The notes under the pieces were generated by a model. It was not told where the DNA came from and ran no database searches. It saw only the letters and a program-made list of their open reading frames with translations. Of a DNA stretch of 64,000 nucleotides, positions 28,676 to 42,893 are shown one piece after another. Position 1 is the stretch's first letter. Each line of letters starts with the position of its first letter. The stretch lies in assembly GCA_002633005.1 (NCBI GenBank), contig NMRA01000028.1:1268223-1332222 (forward strand), in the 5' to 3' direction. A program made the translations under genes and the position numbers. This stretch comes from Phoronis australis. Its lineage: Eukaryota; Animalia; Phoronida.

Positions 28676-31600
28676 GATCAGATATAATCATTTTCACATA
28701 ATATTCTGCTCGTTGAATCGTAACATGTACAGTGTTCTAACTTCAGTGAAAGGAACATTTTCAGAAATTTTACATTGTACTTTTCATTAACGTCATTGTA
28801 GTTCTGAAGTTATGAATCACGTGACAATCGACTTTGAAGGAATAAAGACACATGCTCATTAGGACTTCATTCAGTCGGATACAACACAAGGACGACGCTT
28901 GAAAAATATCAAGCTTGAAAAATATCAACCTAAGTAAGCTGTCGAAGAATACTGATTTCAAACACAATATCGAAAAATTGCCCCTTACCTTGAGTGTCTA
29001 ACATGGAGTTGACAACAAAACATGCTCTTACGTAGAGATTATTACAGATAAATGAACCCTTGTTGGCTAATCGTTTCGTTGACAGCAAGCCAATTACTTT
29101 ATGCGGTCATGGTATCACGTTTAATTAATACAATAAGGAAATTTGAAAAAGATTGCAATAGAATCAATAGTCCACCATCCCGTTTATAAATAACACAGCT
29201 CCCGTATCCAGTATTTCAAAGGCCCCTTAGTGACTCGTTTATCACCAGGGTGGAGATGGTACTAATTGTTAAACGACATATTGACGCATTTGGCCTCCAC
29301 AATGATGAGGACACAAGCAAGACACGCAAGTGACGTGTAAAGAAACACAATTCTAGGACTCAAAAAACTAAAACAAACGAGTTTACTCACGTGACGTTAG
29401 TCAAACAGGTCGTGTACTTAAAAACGCCTTAGAACGAAATGAGAGACGATATTCCTCGACAGATCTCTTGTCTAATTCACGCCGTTCCTAAAGGATAACA
29501 TGGCGGCTGTAGGTCCTTTGAAAAACTAGCAAGTGTTACTTGTGTTAGCCCGTTTAAACATTTCAGCTGGCGCACAATGAAAAATGAGACAAATCCACTC
29601 CTGAAAGGCATCTCTTGAAAAGAACTTTTAGTTTTCAACTATCTTAATGTGACCGGTTCATTGAATAGCGGACCCAAGGCGGGCCGAATACTAATAAAGA
29701 TTATTGTTGCCCGTGAAAAGCCTCATTAATAGTAAATACATAAATAAAATTATCAGCCAAGAGTCTATTATCGTACTGTTGTCATTCGTACATAATAGAA
29801 AACTGAACGGCGGTTATAACGTTTTCACCTAGACTATCTGGAACAATACACCCTTTCTACGCTTCACAATGAGGCGACAATTCAACTTTCATTTAGGTCG
29901 TGGTTGATGACTTAAATGTCACATACATCCCGCGTCTTTAGAAAAAACACAAAAGCTTCAGAAACCTGAACAATAAAGGCACAAAAATGGTTGCTAGGTT
30001 ACATGAGACACATTAAGTAGTTAAGTAAAGCGAGAAGTGCACAAAAAGATTAATCACATGATCATTTCAACTTCATGGTAAAAGCTAACAAGAAAACGAC
30101 AATAGACAAGGGATTGCTCGGGATAGGTATTGAGAAGCATCCAAAGGTCTTAAACTTTGAATCAGGTCAGAAAGTAGGCGCAAAATTACATCAAAAATTT
30201 TCACACGATTATTGTTGCAAGGTTTTCACTATATATTCCTTGGCGGGGTAACTTCAACACATTGTGGCCTCAAAACTGTGTATGTGTTATAGTTTCCGTG
30301 TAAAGCGTTTCCTCACTTCCGTCAGCTTTCATGACTTCAAGTAAAAATCTGTACGATGTCATGGATTTACCGTCCTTTTGATGTCGCAGCCGGCAAAAGA
30401 TACCCGCGGCGACCAAGGACTTTACCTCTAACAGGTGGCGCTGTTGGTACCGATGTTGTGACTTGAGTGAATTTTCAGAGAATATCAAAGCGTTTTCCTG
30501 GTGATAATGATTCGTTGCAGACGCCTATCCCAAATTTATTTTTGGCAATGAACATCGCTGCGCCAGTATTATCAAACGATTCCATTTTGCCTCGCTTTTG
30601 ATATACTTGGGCTGTTAGACATGGGGATGGACTCATAACCATTCTAGGCCTATATGAGATTGAAGAGGCCGCCACCGTGACGTTTTTCAATGTCTGTCTG
30701 TTTCACTAGTATGTCATGCAGAATGCGTCATTTAAAACGTTTAGCAATCAAATAAAGAAAAATTTCCATTTGACCTTAACAGGAAAAGCGAAAACATTTG
30801 ATCCGTGCTGCATTTATTTGAAAAGACCGATGATTGAGCGAACGCGGAGAAAAAAATCCGTTTTCATGACGTCAATGACTGGGTGTCCTTACTTTAAACT
30901 ACCAGGAAAAACGTTGCAGTGGCAATATGTAACCTTCCACCTTGGTGAAGGAAACGTTTGTGCTTTTCCAAAAAACAGGATATCAACAACATGTAGAAAT
31001 CTACGTTCTCACAACGCCACCTACATGCAAAAAGTGCTGTATGTTTGAATGCCATAATGCTTAATAGATTATTAGTAGCAAAGTTTGGGTGAGGATCCGT
31101 GAATTTTTACCTATTGAACGTTATGCATTGCGCTCTTACGGAAACAAGGTTTAACTTCCACTCTTGGGTATTCGCCATATACCATAGCTTCTCAAGGGCA
31201 GATGCTATTTAAAAAGGTCGAAAATTATGTTTAGAATACACGTTTAGTAGAAAGTTTTGTTCCAGAATTTAACAGACTATTTACAAAAAAACTCTTGATT
31301 CTCGGCTATAAAGAAAACTAGGAACGACAACCGAATTATAATTGTTCTCCACGACCTGTTTGGACTCGACGCGGCAACGATTTTAAATTTTGCCGCGTCG
31401 GGTTTGGAGAATGCGCGTCGAGTTTGAAAAGTGCCGCGCCAAGTTAAAACTTTGGATGGCTTGGCACTTTTGCCCTCAGAATCAACAATGAGGGTGAATT
31501 AGACAACATCAGACATAGTTCCTAATATATGACCTAATTTTTGTAATATTAGAGAGTAAATTATTGAAGAAATTCTTTTTCTAACATAATTTTATGGTGT

Positions 31601-34600
31601 CAGCTAAATTACCTTAATAATTGACTAGCCAGCAATATTATTTTAACATTAAAATTTTGCACTTAAACCTGTAAGTTAACAATTTGATATGCTTAATTTA
31701 AAGGATTTTGATTTTGACTGACATTTGGTGGCGAATTAGAGCTTATTCAACTGGACAACAGGTGTCCCTAAATACTAGGTCACATCGTTAGTAGTATTTA
31801 ATAAGTAGAATTGATACTAGAATTGACATTTTTATTAAGAAAAGAAATTATAATCTTTAGGTTGATTTTTTGAGTCTGTCATAAATGGTTTAGAGGACTT
31901 ATGGTGAAAAATTGGTAGGAAAGTCAAAAAGTAGGTCACACCACTTCAGTATACACTTTGAAAACGTATATAAATACACAGTGACCTTGTTATTAGAGAA
32001 AGAAGTGTTTATTACTAACAAAAATATTTGCGTCGAGTTTGGAACTTTTGTTGTGGAGAAGGTGTCAGACAGAAGACACCGTTCAACTAGTTATTATCTT
32101 TACGGGAAGGCACCGGGAAAAGGGAACTGCGGAGCCCAGGAATTTTGAACCTGAGGAATTTCGGACGAAAGCACACAATAACATTGATCATGAAAAACAT
32201 GATAGCGTCCGTAGGAACATTGAGACGGGAATATCACTGAGTTGAGGAACAGTAGGCAGGAAGAGGGTACCGAGATATACCTGTAGGGATACGAAGGAAA
32301 GGTAACCATCAGTTTTTCACACTACAGAAGAAAATGCCTTTGGTCTCAAAACTGAGGTTAAAATGAATTTTGCTACATTGATGAAAATCGTTTACAAATA
32401 GTCACTGTTGGGAAAGCATGCAAGTGAGATGCTTTCATTGTTTAGGATGAATACCAGCAGAACTGGATAGCTACCGATTTGCCAGATTATAAGTTTCATT
32501 TTTCATCATTCAAAGACCTGTGCCAACATTTAGCAATTGCTGAATTTTTGTTGTTGCTCAGTTTTATAATATGTCCAGTGACAACGAAGTCCTGGTGACG
32601 TCAGAGACCAGATATGACCATGGAACTAATAAGGTCACACGAACTAATGACACTCATGGTCTTGATCTTCTAAAAAGACATTCTTCAGACAATCGTTGAT
32701 TTCTGCTCTCGTTACTTGCAATAGTAGCAGATTAACGCAAGATTTAAAATGCATGTAACATTCACCCACAACACCGCATGGTGGAGCCAGACATATAGAA
32801 TTGTTCCGCATCTTCTCAATTCTGAGTTTGTGATTGGATAAATAGGCACAATACAGCGCCACATGTTGCTCAATAATGGCTTATTAGAAGGCATAAAAAG
32901 CTGCTTCATTATAAAATAATACAACTTAAAATATGTTTTTTTTCAAATATCAGATGTCTTGAGATATATCTTGCCACACAGGAAAAACGACCCGACACGA
33001 TCATGGCACGAAAACAATGAAGCTACGACCCACAACCTATTTGGGGACACGACCGTTTGTGTAATTTATCCCGTGAATTTTTCCGGAACTAGTTCTGGGA
33101 TTTCAAAATACACGGGAACGACACTAAAACCTTGGTCTATCCTAGTCACATGGCGGCGCTGCGGAGGAAACCAAAATGGTTGAACCCGATCAGTGCGTGT
33201 TTACTACATTTTTCGTTTTCAAAAATACTCCCTGCCGCATGAGATGACCTGCTTCTCGAGATGTTTATGCCTGTGCCGACACGGATCATTGTTCGGTCAC
33301 TGTCACTATGTCACTATTTCGGTTGTTGAATACGGTCGAGCGATTAATCACTGATGTCAAATGCCATTCACGCACAGTTAACTTCCAGCCGATAGTAAGG
33401 AACAGCTGAAGTGTTAAGATCGTGAGTATTGGTCTGTGTTACTGAGATTGGTACGTGTAAGTGTATGCAGCGCTCTCTACGGGCCAGAAACGAGCAGACG
33501 GAGTAGACGTAAGTGGAGTGATGGACGCATCCCAGGGGTTGTCTGCTGCTGATGAGTGACATTTCCACGGTCAGTTTCATCCGAAAAGGTGTCTTTTCCG
33601 ACAAAATTATCTGCGAAATGAAGGTGCCTTTCCTAGTCGATTTCCGGCCTTACAAAGAGGTTCAATTCCGGAGTTAGAAATCTACAAAAGGATACCATTT
33701 CCGACCACTGCAAGTATATAAAGAAGGGTTTTCATTTTTTAAAATCTTTAATTGTAAGACACCTCGATTTTTTACAACAGGGCATCTATTCTTATACTGG
33801 ATTAAAAAGAACATGGCATAGTGTCCAAGATGGAATCAATCCTTAAGACGTATGAATTTAACCTCTACAAAGGGCGTGTGATTCTCGACCAAGATTCTTC
33901 GAAAAATTGGCTTTTCTTGAAATATTGTCCATAAATGCGACCCCTTTAAGGGTATCCTAATTTTCCAACTGCATCTTCCTCAAAATGTTGTCGATTATAC
34001 TCCTGGAGGTGCAGTAAAATTCAAGATTTCTAGGCATATGCAGTTACCCAAAAAGGTTCATAGCACACTCGTAATAGACCCTTCTTGAATGAGCGCTCCT
34101 CTTTAATGGAGGTAACAAAATTAATTGTATATCTGGCTTACTTTTCAAACTTTCGAGCACTGATTCCTGAGGTGATTACTGGTATCAGGAAGAGATAACC
34201 ATGATTATCTCTTCTTGCTGGTATGTATAGAACGTCAAAACTGCGCCTTGCCAAACCTGAACCCGAGAGACGACGCGTCTCTGGAGGGCACAGAGTGGCG
34301 AATGTCAGTACATTTTTTGTAAAATGATGATAAGCACTGCAGCAGTGAACATGATCCGTCGAACTATTGCTCTTGCTGGGTAAGTACTGCCGAACCACTG
34401 AGGGCGCTGTGGTATTTGGAGATTAGCTTTCACTTATGTTTGCGCCAAACATAATGTTATGTAGGACTTCACCGATAAGCGAATTTAGTCAAATATCTAC
34501 AAATCTAGAGATTTTATCACAATAAAAGTATATCTTTAAGAAAACAAAAAAGCATGTTGAATTTTACTTTTTGATTTTTTCCAGTCTGCCCTTAATTGGG

Positions 34601-37318
34601 TCACGTCTTTTTACAAAAAATAGCAAAAAAGAAAGGTATATTGATAGCAAGACAACGGTATCAATAACATGACTAAATTTCATTTTAAAAAATGTTTAAC
34701 ACGAAACCTCAAAAGCAATGTTAAAGTTTTCGATACTATCACTTCTTGTTATTTTATGCAACTTTAAAATTTTCGCGAATATTAAAAAGTCATTTGTATA
34801 ACAGCCCTTCCTGCAAAAGTGGGACACTTTTAAAATAGTTCTGATCAGGCATTTTTGACGTTCCAAGTTAGCCAAATTTGGACATTTTTGTAGCGTCACC
34901 AACAGCACAAATCTGCTTTAAGCTAAACAGTTTAGTGACCACACACTCCAACCGTTACCAACTCGGAAATCGTAACGTTTACATTCAGTTTCCATTAAAT
35001 ATTCTTAAATTTTCATGATGTTCGTTAAAGATGTTCGTTAATGTTAATTAAACAGTTGCTTAAACATAATATAATGGTCCGAATGTTCAGTAAGTCTTTA
35101 CGGACCTGCGTGTCTATTAAATGCTAATCCTAGCCTTTTTGAGTGCCATTTTTGAAAAAATGATAAACCTTAAGTGATCGTAAGTCCTATACGATGTCTT
35201 GTCTTTTCTAGCAACATTTCCAAAAAGTACATGAACCAAGAAAATTTCTTAGCGAGAGCATCTCGAACACGTTGTACACGATGTACGTAAAAGGTTATCA
35301 CTTTTTCCTGCAAATCACGTTCCATCTACCGATTGTTTCAAAAATATTTTCGAAGTAACCGTTCGAGCAATAACTGAACAGTTCGGTGGGTGAACAGCTA
35401 CTGAGAGTTTTGCTTACACAGTATTTACTATACTAAATACTATTTACTTAAAATTCGATCAACAGAATGTGGAGATAAGATTTGAGTGGAAATAACCTGA
35501 GAACCACGAAACCCCAACTCGACACCTATCAATAAAATTCGCCTTTTTATTTTTTATCATCGCAGTTGTATTTAAAATAAATCCAGTCCGATTATCTGTA
35601 CCATTTATATTCACATCCAGAAAATTTGTTGGGTAGAAAATGTGACCAGATACATGGCATACTATCTTGGGTTCTTTGCGTTGTAGTTGACAGAATGTAA
35701 CATTGTGGTCAGGGCTTCATTCACATAGCAAATGCTTGATCTTAAACATGGATTCTTTAGTTAATGAAAGTAAACTGAGTGAAACCGTCTGTCGCCATCC
35801 ATGCATGTTTCTGCGTCAATGAGCTCGACTTGTTTTTGTCAGTTGGCTCACGTAACTTGCACAATAATGTCAACCCACTATACGCAAAGTAATCACGGAT
35901 GTTAACCCTTTAATGATGGATTAATTCCTCTGTGCATTTCATTCATTAAACAAAGCAGTTGAGCACTCCCTAACGCGAACGTCGTTCCTCCAATGCAGGG
36001 CAGTCTGCAGGGGACGTGCATCGTTCATGACGTCACAATGATTGGTCGCTTGAGAGAAATGGTGTAATCACATGCAGCCATCAGGATGATAAACTAATAT
36101 TTACGTCCTGGTATTTTGTTCAGGAAAATATTGAATTGCGCCAATAATACCAAAGAGTACCAGATCGTAAAATAAAATACACCGCATTTGTGTCCAACAA
36201 ATAAAAGTAAAGTAACTAACTCCACAAAATTTGAAAACGATTATAAATGAAAGGGTAAAAAAAACCCAAAGAAATGTGTAATAAAAACAGATACGAACCA
36301 CATTCTCACGTTGACAGGTTTATAACGTCATCATTTCCTGTTTGGATTTTCATAATTAAAAGTCTCTTTCCCTTCCAAAGCGCTAAATGTCATTTGCTTG
36401 AGCTCAAACGTGTAGCATTTAACAACAAAACTGTTAACATTTTTTATTGAACACGTCAGTTTTCTGTACAATAATTCCAAATAAATTGTATTTTGAAGAG
36501 CACTCCGAGGACCATTTTGACCAGTAGCTTTTGAATATTTCATAAACTCTCCACACGCGCGTCGAGCCTTAACGATAGCTAAAAACAATAAGTTGTAACT
36601 CGATGAGTTGAAAATCCTCGTGTGACACGTGTGTTAGACAATTGGTTCTGAAGCATTATTCCTGTGAACAGCAGATCAAAACACTAGACAGCGAATTTGC
36701 AATAACTGCGTTGTTCAGCAAGATTCGTACAGTGAAGCACAAAACAGTTTTGGCGGGAAATCGATATGCCGTTTAAAGACCTGTCAATTGAAAGTTGCAT
36801 AAACATCCATCTGACAGATTTTCCACTTCACCATTTTCTCGTAACATGTAGGTTGCATGTAAATCGGGATTTGTTTTCAACTAGAAAAGGCTATTCCGCC
36901 AGGTGGCATTGCCTAACCTAATGGTTTCATATTATATTTAAAAATGACGCTTTTTGCTCCTTCATTACAACCTAGACATGGAATTCGTGCAGTAGCCCGA
37001 CAAATTTCAAACTCACTGGCTTAAAAAAATTCCTTGCTATGGTAACAACTGATTTCTGCCTTTGAAAGGAGTCGACAGTTCCCCTTGGAAGGGTTGGACA
37101 ACCAGGCTCTCAAAACGAACGGTCTTTAGACATAGTTTTTGCCAACTTGCCGATGCCCTGAATTACCGATCGATACCGAAAATCTGTTTATGTTTTGGAA
37201 AGTCTTGAGACATATCCTGTCTTAGTCTTCTGTGTAAACCTGGTTTGTAGTTTGCGTTTTAACTGATAACTAAGGAGATGTCGATTTAAGGTGACATTTA
37301 CGGCGAGAAATTTAGATC

Positions 37319-37380
37319 AGGACGAATTCGAATTCCTGACCTCAGAGGTCGCAGTCCGATGCTTTGCGAGAGGAGCTAAA
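37319..37380 (-). pseudogene. tRNA-like remnant (SINE head or tRNA pseudogene)
   Basis: Minus strand reads TAGCTC...AGCATCGGACTGCGACCTCTGAGGTCAGGAATTCGAATTC, with degenerate A- and B-box spacing. No intact cloverleaf. Confidence 0.4.
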
Positions 37381-38596
37381 CTCTCTATCTCGGTCTGTAG
37401 TCACTGGCCCGGATCTCATTGAATGTCAGGCAGTCAACGGTTAAATTGTCGATTTGTAATAAAAACACACAGTGGCTTCTGCTGTTTTATAGATTTGGTC
37501 AAAGCTATGGCGTCTATTCCATCCAACAAAAATACCAAAACGCGTTTGTCGGCCCTAAAACCGATTACGTCGAATAAACCCGTATAACATATGGGAAAAG
37601 TTAATGAAGCTCGTTGTGCCTGCTCTCCGGATGGAGAGCAACTCACGAGCAGTGTGCAGGCATTTCTACATATACGGAAATTCGTGGAATATTCTAAGTA
37701 GCATTATCTCCTGCCGACTGGGCTAGAAATCACTTAGTACTCACACATCAATAACACCACGAACCCTGCTTTGAGCCCAGCACAATAGCTCTGTGGAAAG
37801 CCTTGTTTGCTCAGCGTATCATTACCGCTTCTAAACTAGGAGCCCTGAATAGAACACTACACAAAATTGGCAAAATATTTCAATAAAATATTTATTTTTC
37901 TATTTAGTAACCCACATAATACAGAAGTGTCAATAAACAGTGTAAGAGCGCGCGCCGCCTCATTCACCAACGCATTGATTCCGTGTTGAATTTTACAAAA
38001 AGCCCAGTCTGAACGCAGGTAACAACAAACATTACAAGAGAATGGCCCGACAATATGGGCTCCTCACAGTGAACACCAAGATACAGGTCTTGACTACGAG
38101 ATTTAGATCTTTCCTAAGAATTATCACCTAGTAAGGGAAATATCGAATATAAAGTTCGACAACACGCAAAGTGATTGTGCTAAAACATATTTCATTACAA
38201 AGTCTACGTGAAAGGCTTTTCTAGATAGCGGAACAGTGTATCGCCATGGTTTCTTATTTGTAAGCACATAGTACGTCCACGAGCGACTCAGGTTTCTACT
38301 TCATATAATTCCTATCCCCTTGGTTGCTCAACATATCCATAGGCTATGAATCGCCTTTGAGAGTTAAAGAAGGAATTCATGAAGCCGTGTAGTTACAATG
38401 TTATCGCATTTTTACTCTTTAGGAATGTCTCCTTCATTTTGTGCTATGTTTAAGAGGAATCAATTCTGATAACATTCCTAGTAGAATTCTTTACACTTAC
38501 TGAATCGTTTAAAGAGAAAAGAGTTACCGGTATTAAAAGTTTTGCAACCTGTGCGACCTATCCCAACCGTGTTCCCTTTTCTGTTGGGATACATCC

Positions 38597-38793
38597 CAGT
38601 GGCGGATTTAAGGGGGGGGGGGGGCAAGGGGGCCNCCAGTGGCGGATTTAAGGGGGGGGGGGCAAGGGGGCCATGCCCCAACCACAATTCTCTTAGATTC
38701 CATTTGGTAGTACGGGGTACGAATGTCTGACTGGGAAACTCCTGGCTAATACTCTGCCCTGGCCATTCCCTCAGAATGCTAGATCCGCCCCTG
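38597..38793. mobile_element. CAG-ended MITE, same family (5' ~39 bp duplicated across the N at 38635)
   Basis: TIR CAGTGGCGGATTTA / CTAGATCCGCCCCTG; flanks CATCC / TATCC. Confidence 0.7.
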
Positions 38794-40845
38794 TATCCCA
38801 TAACGTGACAATGGCATCACAGTCTTTCAGGTTTCTACATACATGTATGACAGCACATGCTTTACGACAACAGTGCCTACGCAAGGTTCCGAAAAACGCA
38901 CGGACTTAACACACATTATGCGATTAACAAGAACTATATGCGACATATGTAAAGTGACGAACAATCACGAGACCATGTCTAATCACGATACGTGAATTTG
39001 CTTGTTTGACATGGCCCTCGGTGTTTTGCTACCTAGTTGCATACCTGAAGAAAGGAGATTGTTCCTACACTACGAGCGACTCAGTATCAAGCTTTCAAAC
39101 ACAAAGCTTAGTCGTGTTTTCAACGAAGTTTGTAATAGATACGTCACTATAAAAAATGATCAATACTGGTCCTTCTGCAATTTCATGTACTAAAATTCGG
39201 ACAGTAAATTTGTTTCAAGCGACGTTTTGCTCTGCAGTCACTCTTTCATCCTTAAGAAAAAGTATAGGCTCAGACAGCAGTTTGATGTATTTGAGGGTCT
39301 CAACGTCCACAACGTCGTGACCTCTGAACACGGGGTACGCGCAGAAAGACGAAAGGACACTTCGTTAAAAATTAACATGCTTTACAAAGTTTTGGCATGA
39401 CATTAAAGCATTTCCTAACGTGCTTAAAATACACTGCAGTTGCTATACTTTATAAAAATTGGATCCAGCCTCTAAATCTTAAATAGTATGAGGGTGGACT
39501 TCTCTACACGCGATATCTTACATGTACAATGTATGTATATGACCAAAGAGGCAGTGACTCGTAGATCACAAATGTTGAATCCACATTGGACACTAAAGCT
39601 CCCTCGATACATATTTGCACAGAGGTCAGTGCGCAGACGACCGTTGGTCAAACTTACCGTGAAGGGGTCGGGGTTGTCTGAGCTGGCCTCGTGCCTTGTT
39701 CAGAACACGACGACACTCGCCGTTACTGTCGTCTCTGAATTCCTCCGCGTGTTTATCCATAACACGTCCAGAAATCAAGGCAGATTCTAACTGTAAACTC
39801 GTATCCAGCGTAACTGACTACCACACGGCTTCAGGGTTACTGTGTACACAACTCCACAGTACTGGGCATATAGTGGCATAAAAGAATATTCAGCGCGCAG
39901 ACAAATTGGCACCGAAGACTTATAATGATCTGGACAATACGGGAGCACAAAACGCCTGTATTGCCAATATGCCATGCCTTCGTAAGTTAGAATAATAAAA
40001 ATAGATATCTTTTGTTCAACACGACAGCAGCCATCATTTATGGTATTGTTTTCTTTCAGTAGATGTTGTATTCTGTTAAAATACAAAACAATTCGCATTA
40101 TGAATTAGAGGTCTATTCAATTCCAACAAAGAGCGCACAATGGCGCGCTGAAGCTGTCATGATGGATGGGTCGATAGATTCAAATTGTTTTCGATGACAA
40201 CAATTATAGTGCATTCAATGAGACCTATTCTTGTTAAAGTGAAATATGGATCGAGTTTTTCAATTCAAATAAGATGCATTCATCGCTGCATCACGCCACA
40301 TTCGCTCTCAACACAATGTGTTTGGACTGTGCATACAACGCTCGACTAGAACAAAACCCTGCGCTTGAACAGTGGACAATCGTGCACAGAAGCGTAATAC
40401 TCTATTGGCTGACGGATCAGCGATTGTGGTCGATCCCATATTGTTTATTGTTTCGTTTTGTTTCTCAATGAATGTCCGACTCAGACACCAGGTGGCAGAT
40501 TTATGCACGCTGGACCACATGGCCCTATGGATGTGAGCTACACCTGCACTGCGCTACATTCTGTCTTCATCCATGTATCTCCGTACTGACGCAAATAATA
40601 TTCACAACTTTGAAGTTTTCGGTAAACAAAAACATCCCACTTCCACCGTAGGACCTCTTTCATTTTACTGATGCCTAATGAGAATCGTGTGAAGGCTGTA
40701 TATATAGCAATGTAACTGTTAAAACTAGTGTAATAACTCGCCATCGTCTAATCGATGCATTGGTAATAATTTTGATAAAGACGAGTATTATCTCTGAATA
40801 CATCAAACCATTCTTACATTGCGATGACAAACCTGAAGTGAATCC

Positions 40846-40988
40846 TTGTAATTATTGTTTTAGTACAAACTATCATTCCCATTGTAATTATTGTTTTAGT
40901 ACAAACTATCATTCCCATTGTAATTATTGTTTTAGTACAAACTATCATTCCCACTGTAATTATTGTTTTAGTACAAACTATCATTCCC
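40846..40988 (+). repeat. Minisatellite, 36-bp unit x4 (TTGTAATTATTGTTTTAGTACAAACTATCATTCCCA)
   Basis: Head-to-tail, near-identical units with no spacers. Confidence 0.95.
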
Positions 40989-41839
40989 CAACGCCTCTAA
41001 CCACCGGATATCTCTCCAGACTCTTGAGTTCCGGTAAAACGACCCTGTGTCAGTGTTTCGGAGGCAATAATGCCAGATCGAGGCCTTTTCATATTCGAGA
41101 TCAGCCTGTGCCTGTTAAAACTACTTTTTTGTCTGACACATCAAGACCTTTTTATGATAGAGTTCGGTCATTATCTTCGTAACCATACCTTTCCCATGCA
41201 CCGACATGAGACCCTTGGGACCAATTGCCCCTATCACTATCGTTTTACTCGCAACTAATGAACAAGGGTAGGGGGTGTTAATTCAATTTTGCGACATTTG
41301 CGGAGAGGGGCCGTTACTTAAGTCAATTAATGTCTCACTTACCAAGATCAAGATGAAACATTCGAGCCTTCCCTGCCTGCACGTTGTCTCTCTTCATTTT
41401 TACACCCGCGCTCCTTATCCATCGTTTTAGAAGGGATCAACTCTATCGGTCGCTCTATTGGTGGCCTTTCAAAAGCCAGTCTTAACTCACCCATAGACGC
41501 ACAATGTCTAATCAGCTTCCTTTCTGCGACTGATTTAAAAGCCACTAATCATTCGACACATTTAATATCATTTGGCCAACGTTGCAAGTTTATTTGTAAC
41601 CTTTGAATACGCATAAAGGAGTTTTCATCAAGACGTGAAGTTCGCTTCACATAACGCGATTCCGCAGCAATGTAATTTCCCCACGCTTTAGAATTCTCTT
41701 GAAAAGCTCTATTGAGCCGCTGAAGACTGGCGAAGAAAAAGGAATCATTAACCGATTCTGTTATTTCAAAGACTCATCATGACAAATTGTCAAGAGTTAC
41801 AATAGTTGAAGCAAACAGCGCAATAGAATATCAATTCTG

Positions 41840-42060
41840 GTTGCCATCGTGTTACCAGGAGACAATGTCACTGGAATCTATTCAGCTTCAACTGCGAGCG
41901 CACATAAAGCGGTAAATATGACCAGAGAACATTGAGATGAAGCCAATAATTTCATTATGTTCTATTGGTCAGCTTTGATTTTCTTTCAGTAGACAAGTAA
42001 TCGGTAGCTGTTCCATTCCCGCGCGCTTGTTCGCCGGTTGAACACCAGGGGGCGGTTGAT
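41840..42060. promoter_or_regulatory. Candidate promoter upstream of the coiled-coil gene
   Basis: CCAAT boxes on both strands (~41943, ~41964), GC box GGGGCGG (~42049), CpG-rich CCGCGCGC, and an X-box-like GTTACCAGGAGAC (~41851). Lies ~0.5 kb upstream of the ATG. Confidence 0.4.
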
Positions 42061-42537
42061 GTAATTTACTTTCCATTACCAGGGAGATTTTGGAAAGTTA
42101 CCGGATATAACCAGAGTAATGTTAACGACCCACGTGCTCTGGTATAACCGAGAATTAATCCGTTCGCAAACAAGGGAACGTGAACACAAATAAATCCTTT
42201 GCTTCCCACACATTCACCGAAAATACTCCATACGTGACCAAACTTCATACCGGCAGAGACCAGTCCCGAACTATCAGAGTGCGGCAAAGGAGTCTAGGTG
42301 ACAGTTGGCCATCGTTTCCCCTAAATATACTCGGCATCAACAACCAATGTGAAAATCCATCCGTGATGAATATGTGTAATTTTCCCGCTTTATTGTGCTC
42401 TGCCTGGTAGGTGAGAAAAGTTGAGGGAAAATCTTGTCTACGTGAAATCATGTTTGCATTGTTTCACACAACAAACGCTGTCAGCACAACGAAACACCAA
42501 ATGGAATGCAGACAGCACCGTACTTTAATGTGTTGGA

Positions 42538-42893
42538 ATGGAATTTATGAAATGGGTTGTAAAAAATCGTAAGAAACGAAGACTGAAAAAGTTTCAACGG
42601 ACCCTTCAGTTTGAAAACGAGAAGTGTTTCGAGATGGAGTCGCAACGTGAAGAACCACCTACAGAGTTATTACTGAACTCCGGCAAAGTAGAGTTGGGTG
42701 ACGAGGCAACTAAGAAATTGTGCACCTCTTTGGGAAAGTCCAGGTCCATTATTCGCAAGTGGAATAAAAAGTTTGAAGAGCTACTTGACCTACAGAGGGA
42801 GGCACAAACTAATTACTGTAACGATGAAGAAGAAGTGCGCACGATCGTTTGTGATATGTCGCTTAAAATGCGCGAGCAGTTTGACGCTCTAAA
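42538..42893 (+). CDS. Unknown coiled-coil protein, exon 1
   Basis: 118-codon open frame with protein-like K/E/L-rich composition and a basic N-terminal cluster (KNRKKRRLKK). Ends AA|GTAAGA (phase 2). Confidence 0.75.

Noticed and set aside
40846-40988. 36-bp repeat containing GTTTTAGTAC, superficially like a type II CRISPR repeat; also ORF 40760-41182 with CNYCFSTNYHSH repeats
   Set aside because: Units abut with no spacers, there are no cas genes and the context is eukaryotic. The Cys/His ORF is just the translation of a 36-bp minisatellite.
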